Below are positions 42,301 through 55,890 of a stretch of DNA of 64,000 nucleotides, piece by piece. The notes beneath the pieces were generated by a model, which saw only the letters and a list, made by a program, of their open reading frames with translations, was not told the origin of the DNA and did not search any database. The position numbers were made by a program, and so were the translations under genes. Position 1 is the first letter of the stretch. Each line of letters begins with the position of its first letter. This DNA is from Vicugna vicugna. Lineage: Eukaryota. The stretch spans positions 2,970,921 through 3,034,920 of the forward strand of contig MU060807.1 in NCBI GenBank assembly GCA_013265495.1. The letters run 5' to 3'.

Positions 42301-45300
42301 GCGCCTTGAGATGAGCCAGCTGTTTGTGTCCCCAAGTGGGAGGCGTCTGCTGGGGGGAGTCGGTAATGGCTGGGGAGTCGGTAATGGGAGTGGAGTAATG
42401 ATGCCACCGCGCCCCCTTCCAGCCTGAGAGCTTCCCACCGGTGGCCCAGGTGGGAACAGTCTACAGTTGTCGGCTTAGCTCTAAAGCCACAGCTGCTGGG
42501 ACTGTGGGCACGACAGTCTCCTAAGTGTCCCTGGTTGACTGATAGCTGACAGTGAGAGCCAGGAGTGGGGGAAGCCGGGCCTCTCTGTGAGGTGGGCCTG
42601 CGTCTCATTTCTCTTGGGCTCAAGCTTCCTTGAAGACGGTGGGGGTGGAGGCTGGCAGGATGCAGGGAGGGCTCCTGGCCCCGTGAGCCCTGGGGACCAG
42701 CGCTGGGGTCGGGTGGTGGGGAGGCTGTACAGAACAGCTGGTGATGCTCTGAGATCTCACCAAGGGACATCCATCCAGTGATACGGCTCTTTCTGGAGGT
42801 GGCTTGGGCCATGTCCCTTATCTCCTGGCCGGTCCCAAGGAAGGCTCACTCTCAAGCCACTCCTGGGAGGCAGCAGCCCGACATGACGACGGTGGGGACA
42901 CACAGGGCTGACGTCTGAATGCTGACCCGCTGCCGGGGACTGTGCTGCTAGCATTTCCCACGTGGTCCCATTTTGTCTTCTGGCTTCTGTCACTGCCTGA
43001 CAAGGAGCCTGGCCTGTGAGCACACACCGGCGGTGGACGCCATCCCACTCGCACCGAAGGGAACAAAGGGAGGAGGTGCAGCAGGGGCGGCACCTGGGCC
43101 AGAGCCTCGTGAGCTGAAGTAGCCGCTGGGTGCGAGCGAGTAGAAGGCACGCAGGGCTGGCCAGGAAGTCTCCCGGTCCTGAAAAGTCTCGCCTGCCAGG
43201 ACAGTGATCGGAGACCATCCTTGTACACGTGAATTCAGGGGCATTTGCAAACCAGGTCTCCCAAGCTGAGCAGCCTGGTCTCCCCAGAACTTCTTTGGAC
43301 AACAAAAGAAATGAATCAAGGTTGACACTTGTCAGACACGTTCTGACATTTCCCGGACAAGCGGCTATTTGCAAAGGCCATCCAACCTTTAAATCCCAGC
43401 CTGGCAATTCGAAAACCCTGGAGGAACCAGCCTACAGGCTTCTCAGCTTGTCTTGAGCTCCAGGGGGCCCTGCTCAGGGAGGGGCTCCTGCAGTCTTCCC
43501 CGGCCTCATTTCAACAGATGGCAGAACAAATTCCTAATTAAGCACGAGAAAGTTTCCGGCTCAGCACATTTATTTATGATTTTCCGGTTCCTTTGGTGCT
43601 CATCCCTCCCTTTTGTCTTCCTGGAGCCCAAGCCAGCTTATTGCCACACTGAGCTCCCTACTCTGCTCTCTTGGACAGTCTGGGCCCTAATCTGGGGAGT
43701 GGGAAGAGGCAGGGGAAGCCGGAAGGAGGGAGGTCAGGCCGCACAGCTGCTGTTCAGAAGCAAAATGAAGAGGGAGTTTGTTGCAAACTGACAACTTGGC
43801 GCAGACTTGAGAGGACAAACAGGGCCCTGGTGCTCACTGCCTTTGGAGGAGTTCTAGAAAGATCACCTGGGGTCAGCTTGGGCCAGAGGAGAGAACTCCC
43901 CCTCTGGCATCCCACGGGCAGGGCTCGCTGCCTCCCACGGCGGTGCTGCCAGATTCCAGGACCTCCGCCCCCTCCCCCCTCCCCGTCCTGACGCTGCGCC
44001 TCTGCCTGGGTCAGGACCAGGCAAACACCTTCCGCACGGTTCTGGGCAGGGAGATGCCCGGGGGGCTCCAACGCTCCAAGGCTGAGAACTGAACCCGGGG
44101 CCCGGCTACATGCCAGTCAGCGTACTTCACTGGGCGACTTCTCTCTCACTTGAGGGCTGTGTGTCACATGGAGGGTTACTTTTCGAGTCGAGGGCTGAGA
44201 GTCTCACGGAGAAAAGCAGCGGCCCGTGCTGTCACCCGCAGCAGTGCTCTGGGGAGAAGGTTCGCAGAGAGGCCACTGCCGTTTGATTATCTCTCAGATC
44301 AGAGGGAGGAAAGAGGCAAATGACTTGCAGAGACAACGATGTCACCACCAAAACACAAGCGCAGATGACCTTCACGGGCTGGACTCCACCTCGTGCCCTC
44401 TCAAGGCCACAGCCTGCGCTGCCAGGGGCTACCTCTGAGGGCCCGGAAGCAGAGGGGTGGGAGACCCAGAGGAGTCCCGCTGCAGTCCCCTCGCCGCCCT
44501 GTGGGAGGGTGCTCTGGTTGGGAGGGGGAGATGCAGAATGGGGACACCGGGGTCCGGGGTGGCCCATGCCATAGGAAAGCAGTCAATTTTCTAAAGCAAC
44601 TGGTTCTGGAGAAGGAGAGGAGTCTAACAGCAGAATGGGGAGGGGACGAGGGCTGCTCGAGGTACGTGAGGACACCTCGTACGTGAGGGTTCAGCGCCAC
44701 CTTCACAGGTGGGAGCTGGGTCTGACTCGAGTCTGGGGGGCACCTGGTGGCCTGTGCCAAGACATAGGCTCTTTACTTACTGTCAGCCTCCTCCTCTTCT
44801 TCCTTACAGCCTTCTCCCTTTTAACAAATGCATTGCTCACCAGAAGCAGAGAGGACTTTGTCATGCTAAACAGGCCCTGGGGTATACGGAAGCCATTAAC
44901 TGTCATTATCTGGGCGGTCTCCCTCATGGGCTGACGAGGGGAATCCATCACACCAGCTACAGCACGGGTGTCCCCTCCACCTCTCCCACCCTGCTCCTGC
45001 CTTTCCAATGGAAAGGGACGGGGAACCTGTGTTTAACGAGCCCCTTCCACCACTGATGCAGAAGGTCAAGGACAGCCAGTCCCGAGCGGGGCAGGGGCCA
45101 GACCTCCAGGACTTGGGGACCTGACTTCAGGGAGCAGAGGAGCTGGGGCAACAGAGTTGGGCCAGGGAAGCGAGGAGGGAGAACATTTTTCTCCGAATAC
45201 TGTTTGCTGAAAAAATGTTTCCTTCTGAAGGTCACTGGGGCTTTCAAATACTTCCTATAAGCAGGCTTACAAGGAGAAGATCGGCCGGCCGGTAATTCTG

Positions 45301-46685
45301 AGCCCCGGCTGAGCCTTGTTTTTGGACACAAGCCCTGCTGGCACTCAGGGAGGCTCCGTTCCAACATCTTACTCTGGAACTAGCGTGACCCTCACGTTCT
45401 AAGTAATGAGTTTGCTTTTTGTCCCAGGTGGTCACGTTAACTTAACCCAGGGCTTTGGAGCTTGTGAATGCAATTTGGGAAAAGCATCCTGTAGGTGAGA
45501 TGGGATCTGACCAGCTGGATGGGGTAGACAAGGCAGCTGTCCCCGTCCAGGTGTGCGGGGTCCTCCTGCTCCCTCATCTCACCTGGTTGGTGAAGGGCAG
45601 GCTCATCGAGCTAAGAGGCCCCAAAGCCCACACACCAGACGGCTCAGTCCTGCTCTCGTTTCCTTGCAAAGGACCAAGAGTGGGAAAAAGCTACAGGCTG
45701 GTGAGTCCAGCTCAAGACAAGGCACTGACAAGGTACCCCTCAGGGTGGCACAGGAGCCTTTCCGCCATGAGCCCTGGATTGGAGGCCGCCCCGTCCACGT
45801 GCTGCAGAGCCTGCCCCTGCAGGGGAGGGGGGTGGGCTGGATAGCCAGGCAACTTCCAAGCGAAGATGAGCCAGGACACTCCTGGGATGCAGTGGCTCCT
45901 TAGGCTAGGATCTTGCAACCGATCCCAGAGCATCTGCTTGCCAGCAGGGGTGGCAGCGACCACACACCCTCTGGTGATGGGCCCAGGTGGGTCAGCCGCC
46001 TGGCTGAGGATGAGGTCAGAAGTGAACGAGCTCCCTCCTGCAGACCAGATATTAGGGGAGAGACCCCCAAACCCCCACTGAGGACAGAGGCGTTCTTGGT
46101 GAGCGGGCACTGACAGTTAGAAGGTACTGTGGGTGGGGTGTCTTTTCACGCCCTGGTGGCTGGGGACGCAGAGGCGGCTGCCATGGCCCACTGGGTTTTA
46201 TGGCTGAGCTGCACAGTGTGCCCAGGAGAACAAACAGTACGCTGCTGTCCTGCCCTGAAGGGGGCACAGCCCAACCTAGGCCTCCAGGCACCACGGAGCC
46301 CAGCCACCAGCCTGTGGGTTGGTGGGATCCCAGCACAGTTGAAATCAGGTCCCAGGCCTAGTCCCACCTCTATCTGCATTATGTGACCTCGAAGTGACTT
46401 ATCTTTCTCAGTACTAAACTTCCCCACCAGTATAAAAGACACAGAGCACCTGCCTCCTCCTTGCCCTTGGGAGTCCACGGAAACGTTCACCACCTTCTAG
46501 CCAGGGTGGTGAGCCCACATGGCCATCTCAGGAAAGGCTGAGGATGGGACGAGGGGAGAAAAGGTAGACTCGAGATGTGTGTCAGACTCACCGATCCATC
46601 TCATCAGCGACGTTAGGATCTGCAGGTACTTGGTCTTCTGGACGTCAAAGAAGGTGAAGGGTCCGAGGAGGAGAGTGAAGACAGC
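32574..46685 (-). CDS. TMEM104: Transmembrane protein 104 (SLC38A12, amino-acid-transporter-like); 3' partial, last two coding exons
   Basis: Exons 46685-46592 and 33334-32574 join in phase (ATC G|CT = I A). Translation AVFTLLLGPFTFFDVQKTKYLQILTSLMRWIAFAIMIVLALVRIG...ANIVLSETKL* matches recalled TMEM104. Upstream exons were not found in the window. Confidence 0.93.
37690..37850 (-). mobile_element. MER33 partial copy, reverse orientation
   Basis: tacatgttgaaaagatatttttgatacg...tattaaaattaaag...ggctcacattgtattttgattgggcaacg mirrors the 14503 element. Confidence 0.6.
39110..39300 (+). mobile_element. MIR SINE
   Basis: ctgggttcaactgattctgccac...cacttaacttgtctgcacctctgtttcgtcacctttaaaaggg...cacgtggccagagcctggcccacag. 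Confidence 0.6.
40459..40843 (+). mobile_element. MLT1 (ERVL-MaLR) solo LTR, MLT1A/B-like
   Basis: TGCTGTGGATTGAA...gaagccctaaccccagtgtgactgtatttggg...gtgaggtcataagg...tttaagccacccag...actgagaCA; TG...CA ends, about 385 bp. Confidence 0.85.
42349..42400. repeat. Short degenerate tandem repeat (about 18-20 nt unit, 2.5 copies)
   Basis: gctggggggagtcggtaatg / gctggggagtcggtaatg / ggagtggagtaatg. Confidence 0.75.
46592..46685 (-). CDS. TMEM104: TMEM104 penultimate coding exon (94 nt)
   Basis: ctgtcactcag|GCT GTC TTC ... TGG ATC G|gtgagt. Confidence 0.94.
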
Positions 46686-48879
46686 CTGAGTGACAGAAAT
46701 GAGAGTGAGAGGGGTGCAGAGGCTGCGCTGCATGTGGCACACCGTGTGCATGGGGAGGGCACGCCGTGTATATGTGTCTGTGTGTAGGACAGTGTGTGTG
46801 GGTGTTGGGGGAAGGACACACCGTGCATGTAGGGAGGGCACGCTGTGTGTGTGGGGAGGGCATGCCGTTCATGCAGACTCCACCCATGGCCAGGGCCGAT
46901 CCTAACCCAGGTGTGCGCCTGTACCGGCAGAGGCTCCCGGGGTTCAGACAGCATCACCGGGCGAGTTCCCAGGGGGCAATGAGAATGAATCCACAGCTCT
47001 GCTTCTCTGCCGTTCCTCACACTTACTGTCTTAAGACTACTTTCTAGGCCAGTCCCGGGTGACATCCTGGGGACACTGCCCCCTCGCTCTTCTTCTCTTC
47101 AGCAAGTACTGACTCAGGGGTCACGGGCTGGCACTGAGCTGGCATGAGCATGAGTCAGGTACGAGACCCAGGAAGATAAGGCTCCAAAATGAACACCAGG
47201 CGCACCCCAGGTCCTCACTGGGAAGAAAGGATGCGGCAAGGGGGTGGGGGGACGATGCAGGTGCCCTGATGATACAGCACAGTGGAGAGGTCACCACCCT
47301 GAAGGGCTGAGAGGAAAAGGCTCATTGGGATGTCGTTTATCAGCAATGTTTTGGACGTCAACAGACGGGGAAGCCTGGAGAACTAGAGCCAGTGGCTTCC
47401 AGGGCAAACCTGCCAGAGAAACAGCGGGACCGAGGAGCAGGGGCTGCATCCAGGAGAGCTGGGAGTGGGGAGTGTGGGGGTGGGGGCCTGGCCGGAGAAG
47501 TGGGGGCCGCTGGCCCTGGTCCCCTCACTTCTCTTCCTCTCTAGAGAACAGGGGAAAGCAAGTGTTTACTTAGGGGAAAAAAAGAGAGTTCAAAGCCTGT
47601 CTTAGAGAGCTGGTCTATGGGAAATTCGGACCCTCTTTGCGAAAGAAAATGGGGGTAAAAGTGGCGCAGTGGAGACCCGGCCTGGAAACCGAGGGAAAGT
47701 GAGGATTTTCGTGCCAAATGGGTTGCTCAGGGAGCAGAGGAATTAAAAGCTGCTGGTTGGAGTTACAATGATGGTACCATTTCCAATCTGCCACTCGGAA
47801 GCAGTGGAGGCATCAGACCTTATTAACATTTACACTGTGCCATTTTATCACGTTAATGCTAATGACACTCGCCAGAGATGTGGCAGACGGCTCCAAGCCC
47901 GAAAGTGGGGATTGGGGCCCACTTCGGGGAGTCAGGTCTGGCCCTGTGACCTGGGTGAGCACATCGCAGCTGCTCGGCTGCCAGGCCGGTCTGGCTCCCC
48001 CAACCCGCCCAGTGATGGGCAGGCGGAAGCTCTGGGAGCTCCTGGAGCGGAGCTGAGTCCGTCCCTCCCCGCCCTGCCCGCAAGGAGAGCAGGATGTGGG
48101 AGAAGCAGTGACCTCTTATCCAAGTCCATTATCACTGTGAGGATGAATGACAGGAAAGACTAAAGTGCTGCTTAAGGAAAGGCTCTAATTAGCTGGGGGT
48201 GGGTCAGGCCTCCTGGCAGTTGCCAGGGCTGGGAGACTTTTGGAAAGAGCTTTCTCCGGGGGCCTGCAACCAGCCCAGCTTCCATCCTGGAAGGAGAAGC
48301 GTTTCCATCACGGAGTGAAGGGGGAGACAGAGAGGAAAGGGGCTCTCTGGGCAGCCCTCACCAGGCCCCCTCCGGCCCGGGGCCACAGAGAGGTGCAGGA
48401 TCACCAGCTCTTGGCCGAGCAAGTCTGTATGCAGCAGCGTCAGCAAGTCATTTAGGAAAATTACCACTTCAGGGAAACTTTCCACTGATGAATTTCCCTT
48501 ATGAAGGATGGGAGAGGGACATGTCACGCGGGAGAATATGTACAGAGCCACTTGCTCCAGACGTCCCCAAATGGCCCTGGCCTGCTCAAAACTGGACTCC
48601 AGGGAGCCCCAGGCTTGGTGCTGGGGTGTTTCGCCTCTGACCTGGGACGCCTCTCACTGAAAACACAGTGCTCCAGCTGCAGGTGCTGGGCATTTTACGT
48701 GGGACGTCAGATCTTGTCTTGGAAGCCTAAAGACTGGTTTTTAGAAGGTTCCACTGCGTAAAAACAGGGGGATCGCAGAAGCAGCCTCAGAGGCAGGTGG
48801 GGAATTCTGCTCCCGTGGGCGGTGCGGGGCTCCCCCTCCAGGCGGGAATCCACCTTCACCCTCCTCCTCAGCAGATGCT

Positions 48880-49300
48880 TATCAAGATCCTACTACACAT
48901 GACACCCCCATCCCTTTTTTTCTGAGACTAGAAAAGGAGTTTATTAGGTTACGCTGCCACAGACAACCGCGGGCCACACAGACGAGAGGTGCCTGTGTGA
49001 GCACTGAGGGGCGACTGCTGGGGTCTCTTTTATATGGTGGGGTCACAAGGTGCCTGATAAAATGCCCCTTTTTATACAGCCCTGCAGGATGGGATCCTGC
49101 TGAGAGCACTCCTCATTTAAAGAGACCAAGCGAACGGACACACATTACAGGGTGGACTCAGAAGTGTGTGCAGGGTGCCCACTGAGGACCGGGAAGTGAG
49201 CAAGAGCTGAGAACGGGGGTCCACCCTTGCCAAGCTCTCTTGGAAGATTTGGTCAATGGCTGTGGCACCCATGGCTGGATGGCAGCTAGATGTGATTTCT
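48880..49300 (-). mobile_element. ERV-type solo LTR-like remnant
   Basis: On the minus strand, in U3-R-U5 order: TATAAAAA (49076-49069), TATAAAA (49034-49028), AATAAA (48945-48940); family not identified. Confidence 0.4.
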
Positions 49301-52300
49301 TTCTTTCTTTCTTTCTTTTTTTTTTACCTCTCAGGAGCACAGAGTGACTGCCCGGGTGGGGAAGGCACAGGGCCAGCTGCCAAACAGCAGCCCTCGCACG
49401 AGGCGGAGCTCCCGCAGCAGAGGGAGCCCAGACCAAGACTCACACACAAGCACAAGCTGGGGCTAATTAAGGAACAGGTGTCCTCTGCAAATTAGTTCGA
49501 GCCAGACTCGGCATCCGGGACGGGAAAGGACAGAGGATTCGGAGCGGTGGCATGTGTGGCCTCACCATGGTGTGGCTGCAAAGTCTCGGGGAAGAAACGG
49601 CCCCAGCATCCCAGTGGTTCAGCGGGGACAGAGCTCATCTCTGAATGCTGAACAGCTGAGCGTGGCACCTTCTGTTTTCCTTTCCCTTTTACAAAAAGGA
49701 GAAATAAGAAGCCAAGAGACAGCCCATCCTCCTGGGCCTTCCTGCCCAGCCCGTAGGACATTAAAAATTAGCTGGCTCCTTCCCAAACCCCCAAATGCCG
49801 TTGATCAGCTCAAACTCAGTCTTTGTTCAAGGACTCTCCTAGCCCGACTCATTACAGGAGGCAGGGACACCAAATGCTGCAGCCAAATGTGTTTCTTAAA
49901 AAAAAAAAAACACACAACAATTCTTTGGTTTCTCATGAAACCTTCAAACTGGTCACTGGAAATAAAGTCTGAGACAGACCCGGGGGTGCAAACGGGGTCG
50001 CTCGCGTCTCTCTTTCTTCTCGAGTCGGTGAGTTTAGATGTGCACCAAAGGCCCCGAGGCAATCCTGCCAGTCTTGATGGACAGGAGGTAGCGCAAGTTC
50101 CCCAGGCAGGGCTGGCAACGCTGGGCCAGCAGTGTCCCGGTGGCACTCTGAATCTCACACGGAGTCTAAAACTCAACACAGCCGCCTCTCCTATGTCCCT
50201 GGGCGGGCTCAGCATACTACCCACCTCCAATTACCCCGCTCCAGACTCCCAACAATCTCTGACTCCTTCCTGACGGCCTGTAACTGCTGTAACTTGGTGG
50301 CTTAAAACCGTAAGAATGTGTTTTTCGCAATCCTGGAGGAAAGACAGGACGCACAGAGCAAGGGCCTGTAACCCTGTCTGGGAAGGGCTGGGGTGCGGGT
50401 CACAGCGGTCATAATACGTGATGTAAGAGGAATCAGGTGGGCAAAGGGCCTGGGGCGGGGAGCTCAGGACCGGGGAACTGTCCTGATCCCTTTGTCCCTG
50501 TCCTCTGCCTCCTGGGCCCAGAGCCAGCTGGTGCCAACGTCACCTCCCCACAGTCAGCCCCAAGCACACCTGCGTCTGTCCAACTCACAAGGGCTCATCA
50601 CCTCAGAGAAGGCAAGGCCCAGCAGCCCCATGATCTGGTTCCAGCCACCTTTTTCAACCTTGTCTCTGAAGACACTACCCCCAGAACCTGCGGCCCAGCA
50701 GCCCTGGGCTGTGTGAGCCCCGACATGCCCAGTGCCTTCCTACCGCTGGGCCTTTGCTCAGCAAGCTCATCATGCCACTTCAGCAGGTCGAAGTCCCACC
50801 CAAAAGTCTGCTCCTTCACCCTCGTCTCCCAAGTCCCCTCACTGGAGTATGGGTGTTTCCCGGCCAGCCACCCCTCCCCTGGCCGCCATCTTCGTTCCCA
50901 GCAGTGCTCGGCACAGCGCCCCCTACAGGACTGAGCGGAACGGGGCACATGCCTGGAGGGCAGGGCGGGCAGGGAGGAGCCCCACTTCGCCAGCCTCCGC
51001 CAGAAAAGAGACCCAAGGACAGGGGCGTAAAGAGAGTCCTGATCTAACTCGCAGCTCCTGGCCCACCGGCGGCAGGAATCAGTGTCTGGGGGATGTGGGG
51101 CAGGCTGGGGATGGCTGTGCTCGGAGATTCCCGGGACAGGACGGGTGGCTTTGCTGAGATCCCGAAGTACCAATGCACAATCCAGCTGGCAAGGCTTAGT
51201 CTCTAACTGGGGACACTGCTTTCCTCTTGGGAAATAATCAGCCCCGGCTACAGGCTGGGAGAGAGGAACACATGCTGTGCTGCTACAGAGAGCATCATCG
51301 CCTGCCTCCAACTTCTGTAGTTTTAACCCTACAGCCCACCGCCCTCGGGGATGAAAGTCTCCAATACAGCTCACTCCTGCTACACAAGATGAGTGCAGGA
51401 TTACTGGCCACATACTAGGTCCTTTGTTTAAATGTGCAAAATGGGAAAACAGGGGTGTATCAGCATCAGGGCACAGAAGTAAAGAAATTTCACACCTATC
51501 TCCTCGTCCCCAAATTTCTCTGCAAGCTTAGCTGGTCAGAGAAACACCATGAAAATTTTTACTTTGGTGCTAATTCCAACTTAAGTGCCAGTGTAACAGG
51601 CTGCAAAGTCCCTGGGTTCCACCTTCTGCCTGCATATCTACCATGTGAGCCCCATCCATGTCTTCCCAGCTGCGGGTCCGTGAACCAAACCATCACAGCA
51701 AAGGGGTCCTGTGATGAGGTCGCCACTGATGCTGCGGATCCCCCGCATCTCACAAAGTGCTCACTCACACGAGGCTTCGTGTCACACTCCTGGCCATCCG
51801 TGAGGTCACCAGGCAGGTGACGATGCCCCATTTTACTGATGAGGGGGCTGAGGGACTGGAGAGGTTGGGAGACAGGGTGAGAAAGCGGCAGAAGGGACTG
51901 GGAGCCTCCCGATCCGGTCCCTCTGATTGCACACTGCATCCCGTGTCAGGCTGTTTCCCCCTCTGACACCTCCTCCCCCGACGTGGAGCTAATTCTCACC
52001 CTTGTGCCTTTACCCTCGTGATCCCTCCTGCTGGCAAAGCATTTCCCTCTACCTTCTTTATTTCCATCACCTTCCCAGCCCCGCTCAAGCACCAGTCTCC
52101 TCTGCAAGTTTCTCCAAATGTTTTAATCCTCTGGACTGATTACCAAACCCATGGTTGGTATCACATTACTTAGTTCTTGGAGGTTCTGTGTTACTCCTTG
52201 TTCATGGGTTGATTCTCTGCCCCCAGCAGAGCGTATGCACCATGATGGCAAGGACTGCATCCCCAGGCACAGCTTGAGACGCTCAGTGAGCACGTGCAGG

Positions 52301-55300
52301 ACATGGTGAACTGGGTGGAGGAAGTGGCTGATAGGAGGGTTTAATCCTGCAGGGCGGGAAGAGGCCACCCCAGCCTTGCTGACATGCCTCGTTCGTACCC
52401 TCTAACGCTGGGAATGTCTGAGTTGTCAGAGCAAGTGGTGCGCAGGTATGCAGAGGTCACCTGTTCTGCGTGAAAGCAGTTCATGCAACAAGTCTTGGGA
52501 TGTTGAACGGTGATACGTGGCCTGATCTACACAAACACACAAGGACGTGTGGGGGCCAACCATGCAGGAAACAGGCTTGGCACCCATGGGGCCCCGAAGG
52601 GCCCGTTCAGGCAGAGATGGTGGTACCCTGGTGGCACTGCTGAGCTCCCTGGACCCATCCTAGTATTTCAAGTGATAAAGGAAACAGATGCCCAGATTAT
52701 AGGGCTGTCCTTGTTGGATGGTAGGGGTTAAGAGTTAATGGGGGTTAATGGCAACTCAGCATGAAATGATCCCTAAATGGGAACTGAACTTTCCAGGCGT
52801 CCTTGAAGTGCAGTGAAGAAATGTTCAAGGATTCTATTTTTATTTCTCAAGTGGCTATGAACATTCTGGTTTGGGAGTTTGTATTTTCCCAACTTGAATT
52901 ACAATGTCTGGCGATTCATCCACGAACAGGAGGTGAGTTCTGAGGCAGCAAGGGACAACGGGAGGACCAGAGGCTTCGGGCCACATGCACAGGGAGGGGG
53001 TATGTGTCCTGCTGTTGCCCCAGCTAACCGTGAGACCCTGCAGCGCTGGGAAACTTCTCAGAGCACACTACATGTATGCAGAAGGTATTCAAATAAACGT
53101 TAGCCCTTGACCATGTGACCCCAACAAGGATCAGCATACACTCGAGGACACCCTGGCTGTCCTGCAAACATCCCAGGGGGAGGCATTTGAAACTGAAGCC
53201 AATTAAGGACCAATGTTAGGTCAGCACTAGTCTTACTGGACTTCCTTTTTCTCCACCCAAGTTCAATAATGGTCCAAATGCTCTTCAGGGGGAGCTCAAG
53301 TTCTTCCCATCCAAACACGAAGGCTCAACCATCAGGCAGATGACTGTGAGAGGACAGGAACAGGAGCTGGGGCTGAAGTCACATGGGCAGCTTGTGCGCC
53401 GAACCCAGTGAACCATCATCACAGCTTATTTGCCAAAACCTTAGGACGCGCTGCATCGTGCCACCTAGAGGAGGTCGCCTGAGACCTGCAGGAGGCCTGG
53501 CACTTTCACATGAAACTTGGAGAATGAGGTTTCAGAAACAACATCCCCCACCCTCAGGGCAGAAGACGGGCAGCGATTTCTGAAGGCCTGGCCCAGGGAG
53601 GGGCTGACCCGGAGAGGGTGAGGAGCCTTGTTGCTGGAGAGGGGACTCTGCCAGGACAGGCTGCTGGGCTTCGGACAACCAACCCAACCATGATGGGGAC
53701 GCTGCCAGCCTTTTACTCACTGATCCCTCAAATATGTTTACCTGGTGGAGAGTGACTAATGAAGACAGATGGAGGCTGGAACGCCTCCTCAGCACACGTG
53801 TTCCCTCTACAGCAGGGTCTGTGTCGGACCAACACCTTCCTGGAAGGCACTGCTTAGAGCAAGTCACCATGTCTTAGGATCCCTGGGTACCCCCCCACCC
53901 CACCTTCCCAACCCTCACTGAGAAGGTCCTGGGAGATGCTTACTGAATGGATTGAGAGACTGAAGGATTCAGGTGATGCCTGAAGATAGAAATGGAGAGT
54001 TGATGCTCAGATATTCTGAAGATGCACATGCTTCTTGAGCACAGAAGTCAACTCTCTAAACCCAGCTATTATCTCATGACTTCCTTCAGCAGAAAACCAA
54101 GTCCACTCATGTCAAACAATTCAGCCTCATTCTGAATTAGTGAGCCCAAGATATGTAACACCTGTACCTCTCACCAAAAGGGGCAAGCGTGTACCTGCTG
54201 GAAGATGCTGAGCCCGGGAGAGGAGGGTGCTGAGTTCCAGCCAAAAATTCAAGATTTCCCCAGGGAGCTCTTAGTTAGCCACTGAGCTACAGAGCAGAGG
54301 CAAGAAACCCAATCCACCTGGCAGGAACTTGACAGCCCATCAGACACGTGGATCAGGCAGCTGGCCAGGAGAAATGACTTGTCCCTATGCCCGATTAACT
54401 GAGAAGAGGATGAAACTCTGGGACACCTTCTGGAAAGAGACACAGACTGTCCAGGGAGGTGGTATCTGAACAATCTCTGCTAAACTACGGTGAAAACCAT
54501 CTCTGATACCAGGGAGCCTGGGAGAATGATTTCGAGAAACCATGGAAGGAGTGGGCACGCACACACACACGGGGAGAGGGTGGTCTGGAAGGGATGGCGA
54601 GAGCCCCCTGGACACAGCCAACGCAGCAGCTGCATGGGATGGGAGTTCCCTGGACCGTCTGTGCCAGCTGAGAGGGGAGGGCCGAACACAGGACGGTCCA
54701 GGCCGCTGGGGCACTGTTCCCAGGTCTCGAGGAGCCTGGGTGATGTGATCTCAGCCCTGTCAGCCCGGAGACAACCAGGCACTTGGAGGGCAGGTCTCAG
54801 GCTCCCTCTGTCACTCCCTGAACACACTGACTGAAAGGCCGCCTCTGACTTTTTGACAGTTGAAAACATCCCCAGGTCCCTTTCTCAGAACCCTCTGCTT
54901 CCCTCTTTTCAAGGCAACTGGAAACAGAATGGGCCTAGGAAAGAACCCAAATTACTTCTTTTTCTGAGCCCCCTAGTCTCAACAACCCCCAGCCTACCTA
55001 GATGAGATAGAAAACCCTTACTTAGGAACCTGGGCTCTGTATCCAACTTCTTTGGATGTGGTTTTTGCTCTGAGAGGGAAAAAACAAAAAACAAAAGAGG
55101 ATGTCCCCTTTCTAACTCAGATGGTGAAAAAGAAAGGCTGGGAAACTCATCCCAAACTTCTGTTACTGAGCACCGTGGTGACTTATCAGGAGCCCGGCTG
55201 CTTAACTCAGTTTTAAAGACGGTGGGAGGAGCTCCCTGGGAAAGAGAGAAATGTCACGACCCACGGGAGGCTCCTTCAGTGCAGGGTGGCCTGGCTATGT

Positions 55301-55739
55301 GCCACCAGGGAACGGTTCATGTGCTGTGACCACTGCTAGAGGGAACCCAGGTCCTTCCAGAACGCACACTGTGGCTCCCAGGCAGCCATCTCCACCATCA
55401 CATCACAGTCCCCTCCCCGCCCAGCCTTTGAGTCAGGAGGACTCCTGGAAACTGGTCCGGCAATCATCCCCCACACTATGTCCAAGTTCCCAGCTGGGAG
55501 GTGGCTGGGGTGGGGGGGTTGTGTTCTGAGGGGATGCTGTTGGCAAGGAGGGAGAGTTCTGCCCACGGACAGGCCACCCTTATGCCCAGAGCCTTTCCCT
55601 GCTTCCAGACACTCCCCAGGAGACTGACCCACCACTCAGAGGAGGCTCTACTTGGGCGCAGGGTAGAAAGAAGCTCGGAGAACAGGCAAGTGAAGCAACA
55701 TTACCACGCACCAAGTGCCCAGACAAGACAGCATCTTCC

Positions 55740-55890
55740 ATCTAAGAGCTCCTTCTAATCCTGACACTCTAGAAGTTGGTTATTAGCTCCATGTTAAAAA
55801 ACTAAAGTTGAGGGGAACTAATTAACTTGTCCAAGATCTTGTAACAACCAAGACGCAGCTGAGATCAGAACTCGGGATGTATCTATCCAA
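55740..55890 (-). mobile_element. MIR SINE
   Basis: ttattagctccatgttaaaaaactaaagttgagg...aattaacttgtccaagatc...gctgagatcagaactcggg. Confidence 0.55.
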
